Shown one piece after another: positions 32,452 to 41,677 of a stretch of 64,000 nt of DNA. The translations under genes were made by a program, and so were the position numbers. Position 1 is the stretch's first letter, and each line of letters begins with the position of its first letter. The notes below the pieces were generated by a model that saw nothing but the letters and a program-made list of their open reading frames with translations, ran no database searches and was not told the origin of the DNA. The stretch is from Paramoeba atlantica (lineage: Eukaryota; Protista; Discosea): the NCBI GenBank assembly GCA_977017575.1, contig CDRNVI010000012.1:434001-498000 (forward strand). Direction: 5' to 3'.

Positions 32452-34659
32452 TCATCTCTTTTTAGATTTCCGCCTTCGCTTTTTTCCTTGCATGGTACAA
32501 GGCGTCGTATCGATGTGATCCATGTCCTCCTCACTAAGGCAAGCACCTGGGCTTCGCTCTGCACAAAGAGATAAATTTTGACTTCCTCGAAGCAAACGAA
32601 GCTTCTTTCTTTCACGATGCGAGGGTGCATCAACAAAAACATCCTCTCCTGTACGACGTCGGTATTCCTCCTCCGTGATCTTTTTCCCCTTTAATTTACG
32701 TAACAAGGCTCCCTCGTGAAAGATCTCGCTTACTTCAATTTGCTTCCAGATCTGCTTCTTTTTATGTTTGGATAAGTCGGTAGATTTCTTTAAAACTTCA
32801 CGACGCTCGTTTCGTTCGCTTCTTTTAATATCCAGCTTCTTCTTTCGCGCCTCAAGTTTCTGTATTCTCTTTTCTTCCTCCACGGGGTCTGCACACGACA
32901 CACCGTGGATATCAATTCCTGAAAATTCATCCGGTAAGCCGATTTGGATTCGAGACATCATTCGTGTCTCGCTAAGATTTGGGACCTGAAAAAGGCCATA
33001 ACCATTCGTGAGATCGGCAATGTTAAGACTTTCAAAACGGAAGATGTACCGACAATGGTGCTCCTTGTAGCCACGCACGAAACACGCAAACGCACGGGTC
33101 GCAAGATTCATAATCGTACGATCCGAGAGGTACGCTCTTCGAATGATGTTCACCGTCTCCACATTATAACAACTTGAGGAAACCGTTGGGGAACTGCCCT
33201 GTTCTGTACTCTTTTTTCTTGCACGATTTCGATCACCCTTCTTCATTACCGCTGACCCTAACAGAAATCTCGGATCCGGTTTAGTCTCATTCTCGGTTTC
33301 CACACCTTTAAGAATCTCCATCGCGTCCAAGGTAATCCCCTGCAGCTGTAAATACGGAAGATATTCCAATTCTGTGGGATCAAGAAAAGTAATGGACTGT
33401 CCTGCCCTTCCCATTCGTGCGGTTCGCCCGATGCGATGCACAAACGAGCGAGGATTCGTCGGGGCATCCAACTGCACCACCGCATCCACAAACGGGATAT
33501 CTAACCCTCGAGCAGCCACATCGGTGCAGATCAGTACCCCCTGGGACGCGTTCATGAACCCCTCCCGTGCTTTTACCCGTTTCGAGGTCGGCAGCTGGCC
33601 ATGCAGCGCAAACAGCGTAGCGTCGGGGAGAAGCACATGGAGCGCCGCAAACAACCAATCCACACTGGCACAGGTTAACACATAGATTAAAATTTTATGG
33701 GTCTGGTATCGAGCATGAGAGTCATCTGATGATGATGAAGAGCAGGAAGAACACACAGAAGAGCTCATCCTATCGTCTTCTGTCTTCTCCATCAGCTTCT
33801 TGTTTTTATTACTCAGAAAACACACAACCGCCTCGAGTCTTCGATGGTAGCGCATTACACTGTAGTGGAGTTTTAACTGTGGGGGGAGTTGGGAACACAG
33901 CGTGCCATGAGGAGGGGAGGGGGCCGTAGCGCTTGTTGTGTCCCGCACGTCAATGGTCAGAGGACGTCGTAGCCCACAGCGCGAGAGCTCAGTGAGTTCT
34001 TTGGATTGGGTGGCACTAAACAGCGCCGTTTGTCGTTGACTGGGGAGTCGCTTTAAAATAATGTTTAGGTGGGTTTGAAATCCAAGCGCGAGAAGCTGGT
34101 CGGCTTCGTCCAGAACACAAAGGGAGAGGTTTTGTACGTGAAGGGTGGGGGAGGAGGAGGTGCAGAGAACCTCAAAGAGTCGTCCTGGCGTGGCGATGAG
34201 AATGTGGCAGCCAAACTTTTGGTAGTGCTGCAAGTCATGCGTGAGGTCGTACCCTCCCATCATGCGCATGGTTCGAACGTCGCTTCCCAGAGCTTCGTTG
34301 ATCCAATTGCGATAGGTGTGAAACACTTCCACGATTTGAAGACCAAGTTCCCGCGTAGGGATAATGACAATAGAATGAATATCATGCGTCGAGTTGTGTG
34401 TTTGTTGTTTTTTCATGAGAGACTCAAAAATAGGGACGGCGTACGCCAGTGTTTTCCCACTACCTGTCATTGCCTGGACAACAACATCCATTCCGCGAAT
34501 CATTTGCGGTATAGTACACGCTTGTACAGGGGCCATTTCGGCAAATTGTAGTTTTTCGGTGAGAAATGTTTCAGAAGCCCGCGAAAGGGAGAGTTCAGAC
34601 CAAGGACCGGCCATTTCCTGAAGAACGGCGCCAGAAAAAGCCACATGTTCGTCATGCAT
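32452..34659 (-). CDS. DDX55: DEAD-box RNA helicase DDX55/Spb4 (60S biogenesis)
   Basis: AMTGSGKT, PTRELG, LDEADQLL, FSAT, DVAARGLDIP, HRIGRTARMGR, RAFACFVRGYKEH. Confidence 0.88.
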   Translation of the reverse strand: MHDEHVAFSGAVLQEMAGPWSELSLSRASETFLTEKLQFAEMAPVQACTIPQMIRGMDVVVQAMTGSGKTLAYAVPIFESLMKKQQTHNSTHDIHSIVIIPTRELGLQIVEVFHTYRNWINEALGSDVRTMRMMGGYDLTHDLQHYQKFGCHILIATPGRLFEVLCTSSSPTLHVQNLSLCVLDEADQLLALGFQTHLNIILKRLPSQRQTALFSATQSKELTELSRCGLRRPLTIDVRDTTSATAPSPPHGTLCSQLPPQLKLHYSVMRYHRRLEAVVCFLSNKNKKLMEKTEDDRMSSSVCSSCSSSSSDDSHARYQTHKILIYVLTCASVDWLFAALHVLLPDATLFALHGQLPTSKRVKAREGFMNASQGVLICTDVAARGLDIPFVDAVVQLDAPTNPRSFVHRIGRTARMGRAGQSITFLDPTELEYLPYLQLQGITLDAMEILKGVETENETKPDPRFLLGSAVMKKGDRNRARKKSTEQGSSPTVSSSCYNVETVNIIRRAYLSDRTIMNLATRAFACFVRGYKEHHCRYIFRFESLNIADLTNGYGLFQVPNLSETRMMSRIQIGLPDEFSGIDIHGVSCADPVEEEKRIQKLEARKKKLDIKRSERNERREVLKKSTDLSKHKKKQIWKQIEVSEIFHEGALLRKLKGKKITEEEYRRRTGEDVFVDAPSHRERKKLRLLRGSQNLSLCAERSPGACLSEEDMDHIDTTPCTMQGKKRRRKSKKR

Positions 34660-35388
34660 CGTTACAGGTATCGCAAAAACCTCGTGCTTTTAAGCCAAGA
34701 CTGGAACAGAATCGAAAAACGACATAAAGACAAGAGTAATTCCTTTTACAAGTAGTAAATAAAACGTGGATTATACCTAAATGTAACTAAATTACAGAAT
34801 ACGTCTTAGAGTAATTTTCTATTTTTAGCGTTTTTCTATGTGAACGCAAAGCCAGAACCTGATTCTTCGAACCACACACGTAAACGTCGTAAAAATGGAA
34901 ACACTATGCTTAATGGAATAATATTACTTAGAAGAAAGGAATACATTTTTTTACAATACAATCTATTTGAACCTTCAAAAATGGTTCCTACAGTATACCT
35001 TTGTGCCGCCATCACTATTAAAAAACGGACATCTGAACTACCGTCACTGCCCAACACATATCCTAGAACAGATAGGTCATCTTAAATCTGGAAGAGATAA
35101 GAAGGAAGAAGGGAAATAGTTAACGCTGATGACCTCGAAGTTTGAGGCGACTTCGAAATCAGCTCCAAGTGTTACAAGAAGTGCCCCATTTTCAGTCGCA
35201 GATGAGCTGGTCGGACCCAATGGAAATGACCTGAACCGACTAAGCACACAAAATAAAGAAGCTCTACAGATAGTGGCGCGATCCGCTGACTCTCCTGCGT
35301 CTTACGACATTTCAATTCACGACCTGTCTCAAGAGAACGTCTTACAACCCAAACACCAGAAGCATGAGCACTATTGTTCGGATAATTT

Positions 35389-36617
35389 GGTGAAATTCAA
35401 GCAAAATTCGCCCTTTCTGAAAAAAAAGGAAGGTCGTCCCCACTAAAAATAATTGTATCTTTTTTGTATCGTATCATGTATTTCCAGTTTTTCCTTTATT
35501 TTTCAGATTCATTTTTCAGACTCCTCAAATCCAACACATGCCCTGTAAAGGATGCAACGGTTTCGCTTGCCGAGGAAATCTCACTTTGAGCAAAGTTTCT
35601 GTGTGGAGCGAATCGAAATGCAGGGAGTGGTTAAGAACCCATAAGTTGGTGGCTCAGAAGGTTGCATGTTATAAAAGACATAAGGCGCCCTGTACTACGC
35701 ACGTCACTGACGGGAAATGGAGGTGTACTAAAAAATGCAAAGGAATGTACGCCACCTTAGGACCTCTCGTACCTGGAAGGGCACAAAGAAGTGCAAAGCA
35801 AACATTAAAGTACATAATTTTATACGCTCGTGGTGGACGACATGCGGATTCGGCAGCGGAGACAGAACTTAGTCAGCAGACCATTGTGTCTCTAAGGCAA
35901 TGGATGGATGGCATGATGGCCACAGCTCATGTTCGCCGACGTATCAGGAATCGCGGCAGCGTTGCTTCAATGCAATGCGATGAGACATTTTTTTCTGTAC
36001 GGAAACGTCACCGAGGTTCTCATGGTGCAAGACGGATGCGAGATGATGGTACAGAAGTTGCACAGACAATTGTGACTACTCGAGCGAACAAATTATCTGA
36101 AATGTTCATGGAAGTTGTACCTGATCGTAAGGCGAGCACGTTACTTCCTCGAATTGAAGATCTGGCGAGCCGGGGGAGGATACGAATTTGGACCGACGGG
36201 GCGCGTCACAATATCCGCCTTGGTGGACGCTATAAGTGGAATAGCGTGAACCACCGCCGAGAATGGATAACAGAAGAGGGTGTCCACACGAATACTGTGG
36301 AGTGCGCGAATTCGGTGGCGAAGAAGAGACTTAATCGAGAAGGAAACGTAATAGGAAGGAAAAAGAATAAACGGGCAGATCGTGTGCAAGCCAATGCTGA
36401 AAAATGCAACGGCAGCCTACGGTACAATGGCGGCGATGTAATGCTGCGCATCCTACAGAATCTACAAGATCATTTTCATTGTATTCATTTGTAAGTCTTG
36501 TCCAAGTATTTAAGTCGAAAACTAGAAGCGAAAAGTGTTGATTTCATGGCACAAAATTTTTGAAAACCGGAAAAAAAACTTTTTTTAAAAAAAGGCGAAT
36601 TTTGCTTTAATTTAACC
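35389..36617 (+). mobile_element. Complete Merlin DNA transposon (1229 bp)
   Basis: 28-bp TIRs starting with GG (25/28 match: ggtgaaattcaagcaaaattcgcccttt / aaaaggcgaattttgctttaatttaacc); perfect 8-bp TSD GATAATTT at 35381-35388 and 36618-36625. Confidence 0.93.
35538..36494 (+). CDS. Merlin/ISXO2-like DDE transposase, uninterrupted (318 aa)
   Basis: Cys-rich N-terminus, QCDETFF, IWTDG, SVNH, GVHTNTVE. Confidence 0.9.
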   Translation: MPCKGCNGFACRGNLTLSKVSVWSESKCREWLRTHKLVAQKVACYKRHKAPCTTHVTDGKWRCTKKCKGMYATLGPLVPGRAQRSAKQTLKYIILYARGGRHADSAAETELSQQTIVSLRQWMDGMMATAHVRRRIRNRGSVASMQCDETFFSVRKRHRGSHGARRMRDDGTEVAQTIVTTRANKLSEMFMEVVPDRKASTLLPRIEDLASRGRIRIWTDGARHNIRLGGRYKWNSVNHRREWITEEGVHTNTVECANSVAKKRLNREGNVIGRKKNKRADRVQANAEKCNGSLRYNGGDVMLRILQNLQDHFHCIHL

Positions 36618-37073
36618 GATAATTTGCGACGCCAGCTCATCCAATGCATAGAGCACGAAGTGTGCAAGCTATCCGGAAATTCTGCAGACCCGACCGCTGT
36701 GCAAAATTTTTAAGACGGTGCAAGAAAATTAAAACAAATCTTTTTCCAATTTTTATGGATAGCGTTTTTTTTCTTGTGCGGTTTGCCAAAAAAAGAACCT
36801 ATAAAGGGAGGGAGGGATCGACGCTATTATGAACAGGGGGGTACAGTATACATGTATATAAAATATACATGTTTATAATATATTCAAAATACCTATTAAT
36901 AATAGGTAGTATATTCGAAATACCTATTATTTCGATCAATAATTGAGATTATGAAACATCATCTGCTGATAAAGTAAAAACCACTAACGGAAAGTCGTTC
37001 GTCATGCGAATTTACATTCCGACCTCAATCTATCTCGTTACGGAAGGAAGCAATAATTGTAAAAGATACTACA

Positions 37074-38120
37074 TTAATGTTTTTGCCTACGCAAGGGATT
37101 GACAGGTTTTGAAGCGCTGGGTATTGAATCGGATTTTTCACTGGGTTTCGTGTGAAAGAGCATAATTCCCTTGTCCTTCATTGCGGAGTTTAATAAAGCG
37201 TCCTGTAGGGCTTGCGAGGTGAATCCAACATCGGATAATGCCTGAGAAATGTATTGTAAGTGGGAGGGTAGCAGTCTACGCTTCTTGTGCAGACGCAATG
37301 TTTGTCGGTGTAGTTCGGAGGCCAGTGGTCTGTCCCGAAGCGCAGTAGTGCGCAGAGCCATTGCCACATTCAGCAAAACATGGCTCTTTCGTGGTTTGCT
37401 ACGTTGAAATTGGGTCGTTATTTTGCGAAAAATATGGCGGATAACATGGGGGTCGATCGAATGAGATTCATAGGACACAACGCAGCGTAAACTGCTAGCA
37501 AGTTCAAACAAGCTCATACGTGAAAACACCTGTAAAAAGCGGCGCTGCGCACGACACACAACTTGTGGGTCTGCGATACCCATCTTATGTAAAAATCTAA
37601 GGGCGAGAAAGATACCTCGCGAGTCAAAAGTATGTAGTTGTACTCTTAGAAGTTGAAAAAGGCGAACCAAGAGATCTCTGTCCGCTAGGTCATATCGGGT
37701 GCAAACCTCACAAAATTCTGTTGTCGTATAGGAATCTATATCATTCGATGTTAGAACTTGATTGCGAAACGCATCATAATATTTTTTTAGTCGATTGTTC
37801 TGTGCTCTTTCGTACTTGTATCGCATTCCTTGCTTTCTTGTATGCAGCAGTTTTTCGACTAATTCTTTAAGCGTTAATTCGGACTCCACACTCTCTTTGG
37901 GATTGGGAGACGGAGCTTTCCCCAATGATTCAATTGTGGGCGGATCTGCAGAACTCCCAGAATTCTGAGGAATAGTTGCTACAGTTGAAGATGGTTCCTT
38001 ATCTGGCGAAGATTCAAGGATCGAAGTCACGGCAGTACGAAAACACGTAACCCAAAGCGCGTTGCGAAGGAGTTGAACACCTGTGTGATTCAAGTAGACA
38101 GTAGAACAATTTTTGAGCAT
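37074..38120 (-). CDS. Hypothetical helical-repeat protein (FAST/HPR-like), probably mitochondrial
   Basis: 348-aa ORF with repeated helical motifs (FDSRGIFLALRFL, MSLFELASSLR, LLPSHLQYISQAL). Family call is tentative. Confidence 0.5.
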   Translation of the reverse strand: MLKNCSTVYLNHTGVQLLRNALWVTCFRTAVTSILESSPDKEPSSTVATIPQNSGSSADPPTIESLGKAPSPNPKESVESELTLKELVEKLLHTRKQGMRYKYERAQNNRLKKYYDAFRNQVLTSNDIDSYTTTEFCEVCTRYDLADRDLLVRLFQLLRVQLHTFDSRGIFLALRFLHKMGIADPQVVCRAQRRFLQVFSRMSLFELASSLRCVVSYESHSIDPHVIRHIFRKITTQFQRSKPRKSHVLLNVAMALRTTALRDRPLASELHRQTLRLHKKRRLLPSHLQYISQALSDVGFTSQALQDALLNSAMKDKGIMLFHTKPSEKSDSIPSASKPVNPLRRQKH

Positions 38121-38547
38121 ATGAAAAAGATCAGATTGGAAATAATGCCTTAATAAGGTCGAAAAATTGAATGGGGTAGGCTCTTAGTTACTCTAAATAA
38201 ACTTCTAAACTAAATCCGTATATTCATTGGTTTTGAACCCGAGTTCAAGTACATCCTGTTGATCGCAAAAACAAGCAATAAATCTATCTGTATTCTTTCA
38301 GTTTTATGAAAGGAACGGAAGAAACTTGTTGGTGTGTATTCATTACAGTAGCAAACCTCAAGATTACTTCCCCAGAAATTTTTATGACATTAGTCCTCAT
38401 AATACGCAAGAAACAATCACCTCGCATAAGTTACATTCCTGCACCAGAAAATATATATTATGTTTCAGACGCAAACGAAAAGAATTTCTGTCAATGTTAT
38501 TTATTTAGCCATATTAGACGGATTAAGTTTCAATACAGTCACCAGTA

Positions 38548-40074
38548 TCAAAATTCGTCGGAGCCTTCCTCACCATCCTCCTCCTCCTGCCCCGCCTTCT
38601 CTGCTACTGCTTCGGCTTCTTCCTTCTCCGCCTCTTCTTTCTGCCGTTGCTCAGCAGCTTCGCGTCGCGCGACAATCTCCTTATTCCTTTCCGGGTCGTC
38701 GTGACACGTGGCATATTCGCAAGGTATCACAGGAGCAGCCGCGCCAAACATATTGGGAATATCTTCCTCTTCAGGTACCTTAAAATCTCTCAGCCCATCC
38801 GTCTGCAGCATACGACCCGATGTAACAAAATGACGAATTGCGCCACGGCGGAATTTTCCATCAAACCATTTGATTGCCTTCTGTCCGTCCTTTGTGATCG
38901 GTACAAAGAAGGCTAGTGAGGGCACTTTGGGTACTTTAAGGTGTTTGGCAATACCCTGAAGCTCCTCAGCGTCAATTTGGTAAATATGCAAACGAACCTC
39001 CGCCGCTCGCAGCACCTCTTTCGCTACTGTCTGAAACATCTTTAAGTCGTTTTCGTACTCTGCCACGGCAGAACCAAAGAACGCGACGGCCACCACACAG
39101 TTTGTCGGTTTCACCACCCACTCGTCAAACTGCTCCCAGGTAGAAATCTCTCTTGCGGGGTTTCTCAACACCTCCGCGACTGCGGCTCGACGTTCCGCAT
39201 CACTGCTCGGTCGCGGATCCGGCATCTCTGGGAACTCTTCCAGCAGGTTCACCAATTTTCGAAACGCTGTGGCGTCCCCCCACTGCTCCTGGGTCAGCGT
39301 CGTCAGTATCTCCCCCTCAGCCGAGAGCACCACCACAAACGCATTCTCCTCGACTCCACGAAACAACGACCCCTTCTCCTTCTCTGCTCCCCCACCCTCG
39401 CACCTATAAAACCGTACCTGGGTACGAAACCGTGCCCCCAGCGCCGCCTGTCGCGGGGTCGTCTCATTATGAAAAAACACAACCCTTGGACCCTCCGCCT
39501 CCTGTATCTCGGTCTCCCCCCTCCCCTCCTTCACCACGTGCCGCAGACACATCTCCGTGGTATCCGCATACCGCGTCGGGGCATTCCGGATTAACCACCC
39601 CACCAGCCCCTCCACACTGAACCCGTGGGCCAGCGCCTGGGGGTAGGCGATCGGGTAACCATAGACCCCCGCCCCCGCGGGGAGCCCCACGCGGTCCAGC
39701 AAGTGCCCAAACACCACCAGCTCGGGCCACGCGCTCACGCGCGCGAGCTCAGCCACCGCGGCGGCCTCCGGGGAGTCCACGGGGAGGAACCCGACACGGA
39801 CTAAACCCTTCGTGGCCTCGGCGACTGCGGTGAGGGCGGGACGGGTCGCGATGACCTCAGGGTCCCAGGGGAGACCGAACTGGACGAGCCAGTACTCCCC
39901 GTTGGAGAGAGCGTGGGTGAGGGCGGAGGGGGTGAGTTCGGTGATGAGGGAAGAGGGGGAAGAGCTAAGGTCCTCGGAGTCTGTGGTATGGAGGAGGGGG
40001 AGAGGGGAGGGGGAGAGGGGAGGGGTGAGGGGGAGGAGGAGGAGAGTGGTGAGGAGGGTGGGGAGGAGTTGCAT
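38548..40074 (-). CDS. PDI-like thioredoxin-fold secretory protein lacking CXXC
   Basis: Signal peptide from ATG 40074 (MQLLPTLL...); YWLVQFGLPWDPEV aligns with the PDI motif WLVEFYAPWCGHC; acidic tail ending SDEF. Confidence 0.7.
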   Translation of the reverse strand: MQLLPTLLTTLLLLPLTPPLSPSPLPLLHTTDSEDLSSSPSSLITELTPSALTHALSNGEYWLVQFGLPWDPEVIATRPALTAVAEATKGLVRVGFLPVDSPEAAAVAELARVSAWPELVVFGHLLDRVGLPAGAGVYGYPIAYPQALAHGFSVEGLVGWLIRNAPTRYADTTEMCLRHVVKEGRGETEIQEAEGPRVVFFHNETTPRQAALGARFRTQVRFYRCEGGGAEKEKGSLFRGVEENAFVVVLSAEGEILTTLTQEQWGDATAFRKLVNLLEEFPEMPDPRPSSDAERRAAVAEVLRNPAREISTWEQFDEWVVKPTNCVVAVAFFGSAVAEYENDLKMFQTVAKEVLRAAEVRLHIYQIDAEELQGIAKHLKVPKVPSLAFFVPITKDGQKAIKWFDGKFRRGAIRHFVTSGRMLQTDGLRDFKVPEEEDIPNMFGAAAPVIPCEYATCHDDPERNKEIVARREAAEQRQKEEAEKEEAEAVAEKAGQEEEDGEEGSDEF

Positions 40075-40165
40075 GGGGGGGTGGGTGGAGGTTAGGGGTG
40101 TGGAGATAGGGTGAAGAGATAAAGAAGAGGGGGTTTGGTGTGTGTAGGGAGTGGGTAGGGGCACC
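39200..40165. other. GC-rich skew-flip island D (switch near 39790)
   Basis: C-rich then G-rich on +; the G-rich arm continues past the ATG (40074) into the 5' flank. Confidence 0.85.
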
Positions 40166-40212
40166 TAGTGGATAGGATTCTAAACTATCATGGGGTATAA
40201 ATTATATTACGG

Positions 40213-40275
40213 TGGTTGTATAACTACCGCTCTACCCTTGATTATAGAAAAAAAGTGAACAAACAGTGAAAATAT
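40213..40275 (+). repeat. Dispersed repeat; inverted copy at about 51705-51766
   Basis: Exact 23-mer tggttgtataactaccgctctac, followed in both copies by aaaaagtgaacaaa. Confidence 0.8.
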
Positions 40276-40515
40276 AAGAGTAACACAGGAAAGTACTTTT
40301 CCAAAATTAACTCCTCCACGTATTTTGAGAGTTTGGAACCTCAGCTACCACTCTACGACGTTTTTTTGTTCAGATTTACTTCCTACCCGTACTGGTAAGG
40401 CATCAAAAACGGTCTAAAGTTTGGCTAAAATTTCGCTTTTTTGACCTACAAATTGGTCTTTTTCACCAAAAAAAATGGGATGAATGCATGATCTTTTCGC
40501 AATACCTCTTTTTTA

Positions 40516-40610
40516 GTCGCTTCGTTAAACGCGGAGGTAGTTTTCAGCGCGAAGCGCGCAGCAGTGGTGCCTTCTAAGTTGAACACAACCACCGCATTTA
40601 AAGAATCGAT
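40516..40610 (+). mobile_element. 95-bp TA-flanked MITE, family 1 copy
   Basis: TA|gtcgcttcgttaaacgcgg ... ccgcatttaaagaatcgat|TA; colinear with the reverse complement of 46648-46742. Confidence 0.75.
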
Positions 40611-40715
40611 TAAAGAAGAATTGAAAAAAAAGTGAACAAAAACAGTGAATTTTCTCAGGATTTATGAATACTTCTCATTCATAAACAAAAAGGAGTCCTC
40701 GAAATTTAAGATATA

Positions 40716-40798
40716 CTATCCCCCTCCTATTTCCATGTACCGCCCCTCTAAAAGGGCATTTTTCCAAAAATCGGTGTCCTGTTAAATAGGGGGGATAG
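40716..40798. mobile_element. 83-bp TA-flanked MITE-like element
   Basis: TA|ctatccccctcctattt ... aaataggggggatag|TA imperfect TIR. Confidence 0.55.
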
Positions 40799-41000
40799 TA
40801 ATTAATTTTCTGTCACCTTGCACGAAGAATAGTGACAGACAACTAGGGGGGGTACAGTAATACAGATAGCTTGCGAGAGAATTGGATTCCGACCCTCAAG
40901 CTGGTAGAATGAAGCACAAAATTATTTTGTGATTTTCTATTTTAAATAGAAGCGAGCGGAAGAAAAGTTAACGAATACAAAAACGGTACGAAACCAAAGA

Positions 41001-41350
41001 ATGGGGCTACGCTTCAACCCACCTCCAGCACGCGAGTGTCAGTTGAAAATCTTGCCGAGTGGATATCCACATCACATCAATTGGGGGAATGGGGCGATCA
41101 TTTTATCAACATTGGCACTTTCTCATATGGAATCACTATTCGAAATCACTATTGGGCGGCTGCGGGCCCACCGGCTGAAAGTGTCCAGAAACTCTTACTC
41201 TAGGACGATGAGGATAAGTACGGCCAGCTAATGACGGAAGAGCGCTTGGTGCAGCATCTAGTTCCCGTGCGGCCAAGTCGTCAAGGTCAACGCCGTATAT
41301 GTTTGAACTGTCGGCAACCTGGGCTCTTCCGAGCCAACTGCCCTAGTTTG
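41001..41350 (+). pseudogene. Degenerate transposon-derived coding remnant with a zinc-knuckle relic (Mutator-like?)
   Basis: RRICLNCRQPGLFRANCP is CX2CX4HX4C with H>L; upstream SHMESLF resembles a MULE TNNxxES motif. Family assignment is weak. Confidence 0.35.
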
Positions 41351-41677
41351 AAGCAGGGTTTTCGTCGTGACAGGCGGCACAGCAAACGCGAATGCGTTTC
41401 ACGACGGCAAAAGGAGTTCCGAAAATAGAGACTCTCCCGTCCCTCAAACCGTTCGTGCCGTCTCAGGAAAAATGCCCGGTAAATTCGAACAACTCTTCCG
41501 ACATTCTCTCGCGTCAGTCATGCAAAAGTCGGGAGGTGCGAACAAGGTGGATGCAGTGATCACAGGGTTGTCGATCTTCAGCGCGAAACTGCAAGAACCT
41601 GAACTCTTTCGACGAAAATGCGCAGAAGAGGAAAAGGGCTGTGCGCGAGGCGATGTTGTGCGCGGTCCTGAAAGGGT

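Noticed and set aside
40221-40235. aactaccgct resembling the start of the kinetoplastid spliced leader (AACTAACGCT)
   Set aside because: No match to the remainder of the SL exon; it is part of a dispersed repeat found in both orientations.
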